NCBI GenBank assembly: GCA_902760965.1
Contig: CACWIN010000008.1
Span: 9,454 to 73,453, forward strand
DNA length: 64,000 bases
Direction of reading: 5' to 3'
From: an uncultured Bacteroidales bacterium
Lineage (GTDB): Bacteria > Bacteroidota > Bacteroidia > Bacteroidales > Bacteroidaceae
A program made the translations under genes and the position numbers. Under the pieces are notes generated by a model. It saw nothing but the letters and a program-made list of their open reading frames with translations, was not told the DNA's origin and made no database searches. This document shows positions 18,901 to 29,011 of the stretch, one piece after another. Each line of letters starts with the position of its first letter. Position 1 is the stretch's first letter.

Positions 18901-19218
18901 AGGAACAAGGTAACGCTGTATCCTTTCCGTATTCATATGGACCGATATACCGCAATTGTTGACGGACGTCACTTTATAAACAAGGATCTGGACTGCAAGT
19001 ACACTGTATCGCTTATAGAGACACCTCTGCCTATACGCCTTGGCGTAAAGGTGAGCGGATCGCTGAACGAGATTGCCGCAAGCCCCATCAAGCACATAAG
19101 GATAATCCGTCCGCAGTACAAGAAACTGTATAATCCCGAAAAGCGTTCCGATACCGATGAAATGGTAATGGGAATAAAGGATCATATTCTTGAAACTCTT
19201 AAAGGAAACGTTAGGTAA
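15910..19218 (+). CDS. AsmA/TamB-like large envelope protein
   Basis: 1102 aa with a single N-terminal TM anchor. A long, repetitive, beta-rich, N/D/S/T/L-rich body follows, and the C-terminal region resembles AsmA_2. Confidence 0.6.
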   Translation: MNRKAKKALKITGITLGSILGLIIIAVLLVCWTVFTPGRLTKVANKAIDKYAPCKVDLERVDLTLVKTYPFLAFRLNGLLVYDEMETSPSDTLLYIKEFTVTTNLKALLKEKKIILTNMLLDNVQANMFVDAAGHSNIDFLTSGEKKEKETDDSSDLDIYADLQKITIDDINASYIDLKSGTKANLNNLGINLKGLLNYDSLDANINAKIAGVKASIKNDSTDIDARLNDIKLKGTLAKHKDNVTCGITFDLKNTNASLGEMKAAINDLKLALNNLSCTLGKEGLGNLKTDLNLTVSDIKYANQGMQANTNHFSVKAGQVAFNDNNLDLKGLSIGSRDIDFEMSDTVGSKTSATIDNLQLDVNGNLKTDMSVINTSVNTSINGIGFKIDGESPMAISSPSISLKADALIDKDDIALTPELSTPSINVNIGGDELVPDWSLSLFAPLTTNKSFNRFDVLNGSNLNVNGQKIGFAANGTLGGSSVVKGNASVKASNLDIDKLVSMIPDKYKNVLDGIDVHGILGLDVSVKGAVKQDGMQLDKASANVSLARLDAGLKDSIFANANKLTAKVQYPSQIAVDPNRQTADVYLNADDLKLSLIDSTNIDAALRDFAFSASVVGLTDTITEMSAQADVAFSHLEATMDTISGSLDNTSISATMTPVDGTVAFMARAAFDQLEAAMGQNMGASLSSTSVVAMAQYDQTKDDILLKWNPNIKFTLDEGSLDMLEEPVEIDNLDVDFTLGHFNINDCRVSMGNSDIMFWGDVYNIGAFIEKTGLLTGELFLESDHVDVTQLMGWFSGMGNEETQEAVQEAADKIEEGADTITASPFIVPKGIDLTLYTNLAEIKYNDHLFNNVGGDVTIKDGVAVLQELGFSSDAAEMQLTAIYKTPSPQDDPFIELDFHLLDIDINELISLIPSVDSIVPMLKSFSGHANFHLAAETYLENNMPIMSTLLGAAAIEGKDLVVLDGDVFNGIKRKLLMSKKAENKIDSIDVELQVIRNKVTLYPFRIHMDRYTAIVDGRHFINKDLDCKYTVSLIETPLPIRLGVKVSGSLNEIAASPIKHIRIIRPQYKKLYNPEKRSDTDEMVMGIKDHILETLKGNVR

Positions 19219-19238
19219 TGTAATTTCAAAAAAAATAT

Positions 19239-19246
19239 TACCTTTG
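19239..19246 (+). promoter_or_regulatory. Bacteroides-type -7 promoter box
   Basis: TACCTTTG is an exact match, about 60 nt upstream of the Na/Pi symporter ORF. Confidence 0.4.
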
Positions 19247-19306
19247 TCACGACATTAAGAGTTTTAAAAACAAAACGCACCAATACGGGTGCCTAATTAA
19301 GCAAAA

Positions 19307-21058
19307 GTGAACACAGTAGCTTACCAAATTCTCACTATGCTCGGTTGTCTTGCCCTATTCCTATGGGGCATGAACCTGATGAGCAGCTCACTTCAGAAAT
19401 TTGCAGGTAACGGTCTCCGTTCTTTTATCGAGAAAATGACATCCAACACAGGCAAGTGCCTGTTTACGGGTTTTCTTGTTACCGTTCTTGTACAGTCATC
19501 AACAGCCACCACGCTCATGCTTGTGAGCTTTGTAAACGCGGGCCTTATGACACTCCGCAGCGCCATCGGCGTAATCATGGGAGCAAACATAGGCACCACG
19601 GTAACTGCCTGGCTGTTTGCAGTAAGTATGGACGGCTCCTTTAGTTTGGGAGCAATTGCAATCCCACTCATTTTTGTGGGATTTGTTTTGTCCTCATTCT
19701 CCAAAAAGCAAAAGGCCAAGGATTTTGGCTCGTTCCTGATAGGATTCGCTTTCCTGTTCCTGGGACTGAGCATGCTTAAGGACACCTCCTATCCGCTTCT
19801 ATCAAGTGAGGGAGTCCGCAACTTCCTGGCACCTATAACCGATATGCGTCTCAGCACCATCCTGTTTATAATAATAGGTGCTGTAATGACATTCTGCCTT
19901 CAGTCATCGGCCGCAGCAACCAGTATCACCATGCTTTTGCTGGCTTGCGGTGTAATTACATTCCCCAACGCCGTAGCATTCATTCTTGGTGAGAACATAG
20001 GTACAACCATTACATCAAATCTGGCAGCCACATCGACCAACATCAGTTCCAAGCGTACAGCACGAGCACACTTGGTATTCAACCTGTTTGGTTCGGTACT
20101 GGTAATACTGTTGTTCAAGCCGTATATGATACTGAATGCCCAAATCGTAGAGTTGTTTGGATTCCCCAATCCCCTTACGGCCGATTTCAGTGTCCTGTCA
20201 CTCGATGACGCTACAGGAGGTGCTCTCAAGCAGCAGTTGGCAAGTAGCCTGCCCTACAGCGTGGCAATAGTACACTCATTGTTCAACATCATAACCACAC
20301 TCATTCTGGTATGGTTCATACCGCAGCTTGAAAAACTGGTTATGAAAATGGTTCCCAGCAAGGAGGACAACGAGAAAGAGGTATTCCATTTGGTTTATAT
20401 CAGCAAGGGTAATGCCAATCTGGCCGAATTATCCATTGCCGAGGCACGCAAGGAGATAAACCATTACAGCGAGATATGCACCAAGGGATTCGGCTATATT
20501 CGTCAGGCAATTGATACCTGCGAGACCGATGGTTTTGAGGAGTTCCGCCAAAAGCTGGTCAAGTATGAGGAGATTACGGACCGCATAGAGTTCGAGATTG
20601 CCACATACCTTAACCAGGTTAGCCAGAACGATATCTCAGAACAGGCCCGTATGCAGGTCAAGGCCTATTTCAAGATCATTGGCGAGTTGGAGTCACTTGG
20701 CGATTCAGGTGAGGCAATTTCACGCCTGCTGCAGCGCAAGAAAGATCACGAAAAGGTATTCGATGAGCTTATGATTAAGCGCATCCATGAGATGCTTGAC
20801 GTAATGCAAAACGCATATACCATCATGAACACCAACCTTAAGACTCCTATCCTTACCGATATATCAAATGCATACCAGGCCGAGGATGAGATAAACAAGA
20901 TGCGTGACCGCTTGCGTGAGGAGCACCTTAAGAATATGGAGCACAAGTCATATGACTACACCGCAGGTGTTTACTACTTTGACCTTATACAGGAGCTTGA
21001 AACCATGGGAGACTTTATGATCAATATCTCTCAGGCTCTGGTAGGATTAAATAATTGA
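19307..21058 (+). CDS. Na+/phosphate symporter family protein with PhoU-like C-terminal domain
   Basis: 583 aa. The FLWGMNLMSSSLQKFAG and GANIGTT repeats are typical of NptA-type Na/Pi cotransporters, and the C-terminal helical region is PhoU-like. The ORF starts at GTG, with an alternative ATG at 19337. Confidence 0.8.
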   Translation: MNTVAYQILTMLGCLALFLWGMNLMSSSLQKFAGNGLRSFIEKMTSNTGKCLFTGFLVTVLVQSSTATTLMLVSFVNAGLMTLRSAIGVIMGANIGTTVTAWLFAVSMDGSFSLGAIAIPLIFVGFVLSSFSKKQKAKDFGSFLIGFAFLFLGLSMLKDTSYPLLSSEGVRNFLAPITDMRLSTILFIIIGAVMTFCLQSSAAATSITMLLLACGVITFPNAVAFILGENIGTTITSNLAATSTNISSKRTARAHLVFNLFGSVLVILLFKPYMILNAQIVELFGFPNPLTADFSVLSLDDATGGALKQQLASSLPYSVAIVHSLFNIITTLILVWFIPQLEKLVMKMVPSKEDNEKEVFHLVYISKGNANLAELSIAEARKEINHYSEICTKGFGYIRQAIDTCETDGFEEFRQKLVKYEEITDRIEFEIATYLNQVSQNDISEQARMQVKAYFKIIGELESLGDSGEAISRLLQRKKDHEKVFDELMIKRIHEMLDVMQNAYTIMNTNLKTPILTDISNAYQAEDEINKMRDRLREEHLKNMEHKSYDYTAGVYYFDLIQELETMGDFMINISQALVGLNN

Positions 21059-21808
21059 TATTTCCTGGCCGTCGTAGGCAAACTGAATGTGAGCAGGGAA
21101 CTTGCCGTTCATGATAGCATGCATACCGGCACGATGGCTCATATGTATCAGATAGGTCTCACGGGCACCCACTCTTTGCGCAAACAGGACAGCCTGACGC
21201 ACATTCTGGTGCGTTGGATGTTCCTTTGTGTGCAAAGCGTTTACAACCAATGTATCGGTACCTTTTAATAGCTTGAACGTTTCCTCATCCATGGATTTCA
21301 TATCCGTAATGTAGGTAAGGCCTCCAATCCTATATCCCACTATGGGAAGGTTTCCGTGCATGACGCGCAACGGAAGTATTTCAAGGTCACCAATTGTAAA
21401 TTTCATTCCCGGAACAACCTCACGCAGTTCCATAGCCGGAACACGCGGGCTGCGGTCTTTGCAGAAACAGTACGGCATGCTCTGGACGATATGATCCATC
21501 ACATTCCTTTCGGCATATATCGGGATAGTGGTTGTGGTGCAGTAAGGGCGCAGGTCATCCAGGCCTCCAATGTGGTCATAGTGTTCATGCGTAACAATCA
21601 CTGCATCAAGTTGTTCAATGTCCGCTCTTAAAGCCTGCTGACGGAAATCAGGACCGCAGTCTATAATGATTTTTGTAGTATCGGTCTCTATTAGTGCCGA
21701 TGTGCGCAGACGCTTGTCATGAGGGTCTGTTGACATGCATGTCTGACAGTGGCAACGCATCTCCGGCACACCTATCGAAGTACCTGTTCCAAGGAATGTG
21801 AGTTTCAT
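21047..21808 (-). CDS. MBL-fold metallo-hydrolase
   Basis: 253 aa with an HEHYDH metal-binding motif and an LGTGTS N-terminus (PhnP/GloB-like). Confidence 0.75.
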   Translation of the reverse strand: MKLTFLGTGTSIGVPEMRCHCQTCMSTDPHDKRLRTSALIETDTTKIIIDCGPDFRQQALRADIEQLDAVIVTHEHYDHIGGLDDLRPYCTTTTIPIYAERNVMDHIVQSMPYCFCKDRSPRVPAMELREVVPGMKFTIGDLEILPLRVMHGNLPIVGYRIGGLTYITDMKSMDEETFKLLKGTDTLVVNALHTKEHPTHQNVRQAVLFAQRVGARETYLIHMSHRAGMHAIMNGKFPAHIQFAYDGQEISII

Positions 21809-22824
21809 ATGTAATTAACCTCAGTAGTAAGATTTATTCCAAATTTTTTCTTTACATCTCCCATTATGGTATCGGCCAACCTGATTATATCTGATCCGGC
21901 TGCGCCGCCCTTGTTCACAAGGACCAAAGCCTGTTTGTCATATACAGCTGCAGGTCCCAGGGAACGGCCTTTCCATCCAGCCTGCTCAATAAGCCAGCCC
22001 GCAGGTACCTTTACCATACCGTCTGGAGCAGGATATGAGGGTATATCCGGATATTCCCGCTTTAACTCCTCAAACTGGGAAGCCTGTATTACCGGATTCA
22101 TAAAGAAACTGCCTGCATTGCCCAACACTTTGGGATCTGGCAATTTACCGGCCCTAATCTCCATTACCGCTTTTCGGATATTCTCAAGTGTAGGCTCTCC
22201 TATTCTGCTTACTTGAGCCTGGAGCGCTCCATAACCCAGTTTTGGCTGTGCCTTGAGTGACAGACGGAACTGAACGTATGTAACGGCATACTGCCCTTTA
22301 AGTTCGTTCTTGAAAATACTCTGTCGATATGCATAGCGGCATTCCCGGTTACTGAACTCGCGGTCTGAACCGTCGTTAAGGCAAACAGTCTGAACGGTCT
22401 CAATCACATCCTTAGCCTCTACGCCATATGCTCCTATATTCTGAACGGCACTGGCACCAACCTCACCCGGTATTGCCGACAGGTTCTCAACGCCCCACCA
22501 ACCATGCAATACGGCATATGCCACAAAATCATCCCATACAACTCCGGCGCCTACACTCACCAGTACCGAATCGGCAGTCTCGTTGACAACCTGGATGGTA
22601 TCTATTGTAGAATGAAGGATCGTCCCCTTGTAGTTACCGGTAAAAAGCAGATTGCTTCCGCCACCAATCATGAGCAAGGGACGTTCTACACTGTTCAGGA
22701 GCGTTTTAAGCTCTTCCGGGCTGGACCATTCCGCCAGGCAATTAGCCTGGACATCCATCCCGAACGTATTCCTTCCGTAAAGCGGGCAGTTATCTATTAT
22801 TTTCATGGCCGCAAAATTACTCAA
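21805..22824 (-). CDS. murB: UDP-N-acetylenolpyruvoylglucosamine reductase
   Basis: 339 aa with an FAD-binding GGGSNLLF motif. The AGSFFMNP and AGWLIEQAGWKG blocks are typical of MurB. Confidence 0.9.
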   Translation of the reverse strand: MSNFAAMKIIDNCPLYGRNTFGMDVQANCLAEWSSPEELKTLLNSVERPLLMIGGGSNLLFTGNYKGTILHSTIDTIQVVNETADSVLVSVGAGVVWDDFVAYAVLHGWWGVENLSAIPGEVGASAVQNIGAYGVEAKDVIETVQTVCLNDGSDREFSNRECRYAYRQSIFKNELKGQYAVTYVQFRLSLKAQPKLGYGALQAQVSRIGEPTLENIRKAVMEIRAGKLPDPKVLGNAGSFFMNPVIQASQFEELKREYPDIPSYPAPDGMVKVPAGWLIEQAGWKGRSLGPAAVYDKQALVLVNKGGAAGSDIIRLADTIMGDVKKKFGINLTTEVNYI

Positions 22825-22834
22825 AATTTTTTGC

Positions 22835-22842
22835 TAATTTTG
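22835..22842 (+). promoter_or_regulatory. Bacteroides-type -7 promoter box for pheS
   Basis: TAATTTTG is an exact match. It sits only 5 nt before the first ORF Met, which argues for the ATG at 22865 as the true start. Confidence 0.45.
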
Positions 22843-22864
22843 CGCGTTGAAAAACAGAATAGCG

Positions 22865-23884
22865 ATGTTAGATAAAATAGAACAGCTTATAAACGAGGTT
22901 AACCAGCTCAAGGCATCAACTGCCGAAGAGCTTGAATCTCTGCGTCTTAAGTACCTGAGCAAGAAAGGTGCAATCAATGACCTCATGGCCGATTTCCGTA
23001 ACGTTCCCGCCGACCAGAAACGTGAGGTCGGTCAGCGTCTGAACGTGCTCAAGCAAATGGCTCAGGATAAGATCAACGCCCTTAAGGAGAGTTTTGAGGC
23101 TCAAAAGGCAGAATCCGAAAAGCCGGACCTGACCCGCACGGCCTACCCCGCTCCGCTTGGTACACGACATCCCCTGACCATTGTCAAGAATGAAATCATT
23201 GAGATATTCTCACGTCTGGGCTTTGTCCTAGCCGACGGCCCCGAGGTTGAGGATGACTGGCACGTATTTTCGTCAATGAACTTTGCCGAAGATCATCCTG
23301 CCCGTGACATGCAGGACACCTTCTTTGTGGAGGCACATCCCGATATCATACTTCGTACGCATACATCATCGGTCCAGAGTCGCGTCATGGAGGTTTCGGA
23401 ACCCCCTATCCGCATTATATGCCCGGGACGCGTATACCGCAACGAGGCTATCAGCTACCGCGCACACTGTTTCTTCCACCAGGTTGAGGCCCTGTATGTG
23501 GATAAGCACGTAAGCTTTGCCGACCTTAAGCAGGTCCTGCTCTATTTTGCACAGCAGATGTTCGGTCCCGATACTAAGATCCGTCTGCGTCCCAGCTACT
23601 TCCCCTTCACTGAGCCATCGGCCGAGATGGACATAAGCTGCAACATATGCGGCGGCAAGGGTTGCCCCTTCTGCAAGGGTACCGGTTGGGTTGAGATCCT
23701 GGGTTGCGGCATGGTTGATCCCAACGTACTGGAACTGAACGGCATAAACAGCAAGGAATACTCAGGCTTTGCTCTTGGTATGGGTATTGAGCGCATAACC
23801 AACCTTAAGTATCAGGTTAAGGATTTGCGCATGTTCTCCGAGAACGACATCCGTTTCCTTAAGGAGTTTGAATCAGCAAACTGA
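22865..23884 (+). CDS. pheS: phenylalanine--tRNA ligase subunit alpha
   Basis: 339 aa from the second Met. HPARDMQDTFF, FRNEAIS-type and GMGIERI class II motifs are present. Confidence 0.92.
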   Translation: MLDKIEQLINEVNQLKASTAEELESLRLKYLSKKGAINDLMADFRNVPADQKREVGQRLNVLKQMAQDKINALKESFEAQKAESEKPDLTRTAYPAPLGTRHPLTIVKNEIIEIFSRLGFVLADGPEVEDDWHVFSSMNFAEDHPARDMQDTFFVEAHPDIILRTHTSSVQSRVMEVSEPPIRIICPGRVYRNEAISYRAHCFFHQVEALYVDKHVSFADLKQVLLYFAQQMFGPDTKIRLRPSYFPFTEPSAEMDISCNICGGKGCPFCKGTGWVEILGCGMVDPNVLELNGINSKEYSGFALGMGIERITNLKYQVKDLRMFSENDIRFLKEFESAN

Positions 23885-23899
23885 TAAACCCTGTCCCTT

Positions 23900-24535
23900 A
23901 TGAAAAAGAGGGAACTATACGACAAATGCAGCGAGAGATTGGCTCAGGCATATCCTGAGGCAGCAACCGAGCTGCATTTTTCGTCTCCATATGAGCTGCT
24001 TGTAGCCGTAATGCTGTCGGCACAATGCACCGACAAGCGTGTCAACATGGTCACCCCAGCCCTTTTCAAGGCCTTTCCTACAGTTCAGGATATGGCCGCA
24101 GCTACGCCTGAGCAGATATTCCCATACGTAAAGAGCGTATCATACCCCAATGCAAAATCGGAACATCTGGCTGCAATGGCACGTATGGTTTGTGACAGAT
24201 TTGACGGGCAGATTCCACAGGATATGGACAGCATGACCTCACTTCCCGGCGTAGGCCGCAAAACCGCCAATGTAATGACCGCAGTAGCTTTTGGCGGCCA
24301 GGCTATGCCTGTCGATACCCATGTGTTCCGCTTGAGTCACCGCATAGGTCTGGTACCCCAACGCTGCACCACCCCGCTCAGCGTGGAGAAAGAACTTGTA
24401 AAATATTTCCCTCAGGACATACTCTCACGTGCGCACCACTGGCTGATCCTGCACGGCCGCTACGTATGTACAGCACGCGCTCCCAAATGCAAGGAGTGCT
24501 GTTTGTGTGACATATGCGCACATTCTGTAAAATAA
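23900..24535 (+). CDS. nth: endonuclease III
   Basis: 211 aa with the HhH-GPD motif LPGVGRKTANVM and the C-terminal 4Fe-4S cluster CX6CX2CX5C (CKECCLCDIC region). Confidence 0.9.
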   Translation: MKKRELYDKCSERLAQAYPEAATELHFSSPYELLVAVMLSAQCTDKRVNMVTPALFKAFPTVQDMAAATPEQIFPYVKSVSYPNAKSEHLAAMARMVCDRFDGQIPQDMDSMTSLPGVGRKTANVMTAVAFGGQAMPVDTHVFRLSHRIGLVPQRCTTPLSVEKELVKYFPQDILSRAHHWLILHGRYVCTARAPKCKECCLCDICAHSVK

Positions 24536-24540
24536 TTTTA

Positions 24541-24548
24541 TACATTTG
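24541..24548 (+). promoter_or_regulatory. Bacteroides-type -7 promoter box
   Basis: TACATTTG is an exact match, 34 nt upstream of the ATG at 24582. Confidence 0.45.
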
Positions 24549-24581
24549 TCAGTCTATTACGGTCAATAACTGTGCATTGAT

Positions 24582-25874
24582 ATGACAAACGCCCAAATCA
24601 TCAAACTGGTAAAAAGTGAGGTAATTCCCGCTGTGGGATGTACAGAACCTATGGCGGTTGCATTATGTACCGCATACGCGGCCGAGTCTCTTGGAACCGT
24701 TCCCCAAAAAATCAACATCCTGCTCAGTGCCAATATCCTTAAGAACGCTATGGGAGTAGGAATCCCCGGCACAGGAATGATAGGTCTGCCTATTGCCGTG
24801 GCGCTGGGTGCGCTCTATGGCAAGAGTTCTTACGGATTGGAGGTGCTAAAGGATATAACCCCTGACCGTGTTGAGAAAGGAAAGGAATTCATAAGCGGCA
24901 ACCGCATAAGCATATCACTAAAAAAAGAGATTGCCGAAAAACTCTATATTGAAGTCTGCTGCAGCGCCGGCGGCTGTTCATCGACCGCAATCATTGCCCA
25001 TGACCATACAAACCTGGTTTATCTGGATAAGGTTCAGACCGATGGCAAGCATCACATCCTTAAGGATACCCGCAACAAGCAGTCAGACACTGACCAGGAG
25101 GAAACCTTTGAGGAGTTGAACCTTAAACGTGTGTATGAATTTGCCACCACTGCACCTCTGGCCGACATTGAATTCATAAACGAGGCCCGCAAATTGAATG
25201 AGGCCGCATCAAACAATGCCCTTAAGGGAAACTACGGCCACAATCTGGGCAAGACCCTAACCCGACCGTTGGGCCGCGGAGTTATGGGCGAAAGCATATT
25301 CAGCCACATTCTGGCTGCCACAAGCAGCGCGTGCGATGCAAGAATGGCCGGAGCCATGATACCTGTAATGTGCAACTCGGGCAGCGGAAACCAGGGAATA
25401 GCGGCAACAATGCCGGTAGTGGTGTTTGCAAGGGAAAACCATAACACCGACGAGGAACTGACCCGAGCCCTTATGCTAAGCCACCTGACTGCAGTCTACA
25501 TTAAGCAAAGTCTGGGACGTTTGAGTGCCCTTTGCGGATGCGTTGTGGCTGCCACAGGCAGCAGTTGCGGCATTACATACCTGATGGGAGGCTCATACGA
25601 GCAGGTTGCCTACAGCGTAAAGAACATGATTGCCAACCTGGCCGGAATAGTGTGCGACGGAGCCAAGCCCAGTTGCTCGCTAAAGGTCAGCAGCGGCGTA
25701 TCAACAGCAGTCCTAAGTGCCATAATGGCCATTCAGAACGATGTGGTGACAAGTGTTGAGGGCATTATTGAGGAGGATGTTGACAAGAGCATACATAACC
25801 TCACTAAAGTAGGGTCCATCGGTATGAACGAGACCGACCGTCTTATTCTGGATATCATGACTCATAAGAGCTGA
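24582..25874 (+). CDS. UPF0597 / CyuA-like L-cysteine desulfidase (serine dehydratase alpha-like) family protein
   Basis: 430 aa. VGCTEPMAVAL and CNSGSGNQG blocks are typical of the YhaM/UPF0597 family. Confidence 0.75.
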   Translation: MTNAQIIKLVKSEVIPAVGCTEPMAVALCTAYAAESLGTVPQKINILLSANILKNAMGVGIPGTGMIGLPIAVALGALYGKSSYGLEVLKDITPDRVEKGKEFISGNRISISLKKEIAEKLYIEVCCSAGGCSSTAIIAHDHTNLVYLDKVQTDGKHHILKDTRNKQSDTDQEETFEELNLKRVYEFATTAPLADIEFINEARKLNEAASNNALKGNYGHNLGKTLTRPLGRGVMGESIFSHILAATSSACDARMAGAMIPVMCNSGSGNQGIAATMPVVVFARENHNTDEELTRALMLSHLTAVYIKQSLGRLSALCGCVVAATGSSCGITYLMGGSYEQVAYSVKNMIANLAGIVCDGAKPSCSLKVSSGVSTAVLSAIMAIQNDVVTSVEGIIEEDVDKSIHNLTKVGSIGMNETDRLILDIMTHKS

Positions 25875-26027
25875 ACGTATAGTCAAAACTGGGTATTTTG
25901 AGCTTTTACGGCTTATATTGAGTCATTTTATTACAGTTATATTACCTACTATATTATTTTTATTTTTATTTTTGCGCGGATATATGTGTGGATCCCTGTC
26001 CACCCAACCGGAATAATAAAGGACAAA

Positions 26028-28970
26028 ATGAAAACTTTTGGAACAATGAAATATATCAGAATTGCTGTTCTAACCCTTATTCTTACTGTTTTGAACGGTT
26101 ACTCGTTTGCGCAGAATTCCCGTAATCAGAGAAATGCAAACCAAGGTAAAGAGTACTCCATTAGCGGCCGTATCATTGACGGCTCAAACGGAGGTCCCCT
26201 GGAACTTGTAAACATCACCTTTGAGAACAACTCATTCTGGGCAGTAAGTGACCTTGAAGGCAAGTTCAGCCTTAAACTCAGAAACGGAGAATACCATTAC
26301 GAGGTTTCATACATTGGTTATGAAACAGTTAAGGGCATCCTTAAAGTTGAAGGAAAAGACATCACCAACTTTAACATCAAGATGGCCGCCTCAAGCCTTG
26401 CGCTACAGGAAGTAACTGTAACAGCCAAGCAACAGGCCATGGGCTCTTCGTCAGTAATTGACCAGACTGCATTGCAGCATCTTCAGCCCAAGAGTGTTGA
26501 GGATATCTTACAGTTGATGCCAGGAAACCTGACTAAGAATCCTGATGTCAATTACATTGGCCAGACATACATCAGAGAAGTATCAGGAAGTAACAACAAT
26601 GCCATGGGAGCACTTGTCATGGTAGATGGCGCCCCCATATCAAATGATGCCATAATGCAGTCAATGTCAACGTCAAAATATCAAATTAACGATGACCCCA
26701 AATCATCTTCACAGAATACCACTGGCGCTGGAGTAGATTTGAGAACAATTTCTACCGATAACATTGAGAACATGGAGGTTATCCGTGGCATACCTTCAGT
26801 AGAATATGGAAACCTGACCTCAGGTGCCGTTCTTATTAAGACCAAGAAAGGTGCCACTCCTCTTGAAGTTAAAGGAAAAGTGGATCCCAACTCAAAAATG
26901 TTATATGCCGGAAAGGGATTTACTTTAAACACAGGTGGAACCGTAAATCTTGCATTGGATTATACCGAGTCATACAATGACGTCAGGTTTCAAGCAAAAG
27001 GTTTTGAGCGTATTACCGGTGATTTCGGTTATGGCAGGACCTTTTTTAAGCAATATCCCTTAAGTGTCAATCTCAAGGTCTCATATTTCCAGAATGTATA
27101 TGATGTCCGCGTGGATAAGCAGCAGCATAATTTTGAGGTAAACAAAAGTGAGAATCGCGGCGTCAGGGTTAATCTTAACGGAGACTGGAATGTCAAGCGG
27201 AAACTGTTGTCCAATTTAAGTTACAATTTTTCATACAACAACAGTGTACAGCGCGATTATAATTATGAGGAAGTGTTGCTTACCACGGGTGTAACACCTG
27301 TTGCAGTATCAACGGTTCCCGGAGAGTTCCGCTCATATATGCTTAACGGAACATACAACACCGAGTATACCATGAGTGGAAATCCGGTTGATATTTTTGC
27401 TCAACTCAAAGGAACCAAGACTGTATTTATCAATGAAGGCTTCACAACATCTTTCAAAGAAGGCATTGAATACAAATATGATGTCAATCATGGTAAAGGG
27501 CTTGAGTTTGACCCCAAGACTCCTCCTTTTGTAAGAAATGTCCAGACTGTGCGTCCTCGCCCATATACAGACATTCCCGCCATGCAGACTGCATCTGCAT
27601 TTATTGAGAACAAGACTATAATGCCTATCGGCAAAACAAGTTTAACTGCCCAGATCGGAATAAGAGCCAACAGACTGTTCATTGACAGGAAATATCTGGA
27701 TCGTAGCGACATGAATACCTTTGAGCCACGTTTTAATCTGGAATGGTCTTTCCTTAACTCAAAAAACTCAGCATTTGACAATGTCAGTTTCAGTGCCGGT
27801 TGGGGCATGACATCAAAAATGCCTCCATTGGTTTACCTGTATCCTGACAAAGTCTATTTTGATGAAAAATCATTTGCCTATGTAGCCCCCTCAATGATTA
27901 TGGATGAGAGTATCGCTATTATGACGACCGATGTCATAGAAAGCACCGCTAATCCGGATATCAAGCCTTCAACGGGCAGAAAAATGGAACTTGGACTCAA
28001 TTTTGAAATAAAGAAGATGTCTGGCAACGTAACATTCTTTATGGAGAATTATGAGAATGAGTTTACATATCGTTCAACCCCTTATACATTCTCATACAGA
28101 ACATATGAAGCACCTGTCGGCGCTACGAACTACAGATATGAGAACGGTACGCTAAAATGCGATTATGACAATGCCACCATTGATGTTCCCAGCAGGAATG
28201 ATTCTACTTTTCAATCTTACAGCATACCCACAAACGGTAATTCCACTCAAAAGATGGGTATTGAGTACAGTTTGAATTTAGGACAGATAAAAGCACTCAG
28301 GACATCAATAGTAATTGATGGTGCATGGTTGTGGGTAAAAAGAAGGAACGAACTTGGTGCATGGTCCATAATATCAGTTACAGACCCTGTTAATGACAGT
28401 CGTACTACACCTAAAAAAAATTATCCGTTCCAGGCATATTATCCTGCAGGTTCAGGATCAGTTGAGTCACGTGTCAACACTAACGTAAGGTTTATCACCC
28501 ATATTCCCAAACTGTCTCTGATATTCTCAACAACGGCACAAATCGTATGGAGTGAGACCAGCCAGAATATTTATCAGGATTCTGACGGAAATGACATTTG
28601 GTATATGGCTCCCAACCAGCAATCTTCTACAGGAGAACTGAGACCTCATTATGATCCCGTAGGATTCCGCGATTTTGCAGGCAATTATTATGAGTGGAAC
28701 ACAAACTACAGGAGTCTGACCAATTACAGACGTGAATTTGAGATGGTTCAGTCACAGACCTATCCTACATATTATGATAAAGAGTCTTATCCGACATCTG
28801 TGATTATCAATTTCCGTCTTACAAAACAGTTCTCTGACATATTTGAGATATCATTTATGGCAAACAATCTGTTTAACACCCAGCAACTCTACCGCTCGCC
28901 AATTAACGGTGGCTATACCAACCTGGCCATTCCGCAATATTTTGGAGCGGAGTTGAAGATAAAGATTTGA
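26028..28970 (+). CDS. TonB-dependent receptor (CarbopepD_reg + plug + barrel), first gene of the peptidase-rich locus
   Basis: The ORF opens at 25986, but the signal peptide (MKTFGTMKYIRIAVLTLILTVLNGYSFAQ) starts at 26028. A SGRIIDGSNGGPLELVNITF regulatory-like domain is followed by the plug (NMEVIRGIPSVEYGNLTSGAVLIKTKKG). No SusC/RagA-type partner SusD is present. Confidence 0.8.
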   Translation: MKTFGTMKYIRIAVLTLILTVLNGYSFAQNSRNQRNANQGKEYSISGRIIDGSNGGPLELVNITFENNSFWAVSDLEGKFSLKLRNGEYHYEVSYIGYETVKGILKVEGKDITNFNIKMAASSLALQEVTVTAKQQAMGSSSVIDQTALQHLQPKSVEDILQLMPGNLTKNPDVNYIGQTYIREVSGSNNNAMGALVMVDGAPISNDAIMQSMSTSKYQINDDPKSSSQNTTGAGVDLRTISTDNIENMEVIRGIPSVEYGNLTSGAVLIKTKKGATPLEVKGKVDPNSKMLYAGKGFTLNTGGTVNLALDYTESYNDVRFQAKGFERITGDFGYGRTFFKQYPLSVNLKVSYFQNVYDVRVDKQQHNFEVNKSENRGVRVNLNGDWNVKRKLLSNLSYNFSYNNSVQRDYNYEEVLLTTGVTPVAVSTVPGEFRSYMLNGTYNTEYTMSGNPVDIFAQLKGTKTVFINEGFTTSFKEGIEYKYDVNHGKGLEFDPKTPPFVRNVQTVRPRPYTDIPAMQTASAFIENKTIMPIGKTSLTAQIGIRANRLFIDRKYLDRSDMNTFEPRFNLEWSFLNSKNSAFDNVSFSAGWGMTSKMPPLVYLYPDKVYFDEKSFAYVAPSMIMDESIAIMTTDVIESTANPDIKPSTGRKMELGLNFEIKKMSGNVTFFMENYENEFTYRSTPYTFSYRTYEAPVGATNYRYENGTLKCDYDNATIDVPSRNDSTFQSYSIPTNGNSTQKMGIEYSLNLGQIKALRTSIVIDGAWLWVKRRNELGAWSIISVTDPVNDSRTTPKKNYPFQAYYPAGSGSVESRVNTNVRFITHIPKLSLIFSTTAQIVWSETSQNIYQDSDGNDIWYMAPNQQSSTGELRPHYDPVGFRDFAGNYYEWNTNYRSLTNYRREFEMVQSQTYPTYYDKESYPTSVIINFRLTKQFSDIFEISFMANNLFNTQQLYRSPINGGYTNLAIPQYFGAELKIKI

Positions 28971-29011
28971 TGTTCAATTTTTTTATTAACTTATCAACTA
29001 ATTAAAAAAAG

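Noticed and set aside
25960-25975. Promoter box for the peptidase-locus TonB receptor, and a similar one upstream of the FMN riboswitch (12530-12536)
   Set aside because: Both read TAnnTTG and are one T short of the TAnnTTTG consensus. They may be functional, but I did not list them as features because the match is imperfect.
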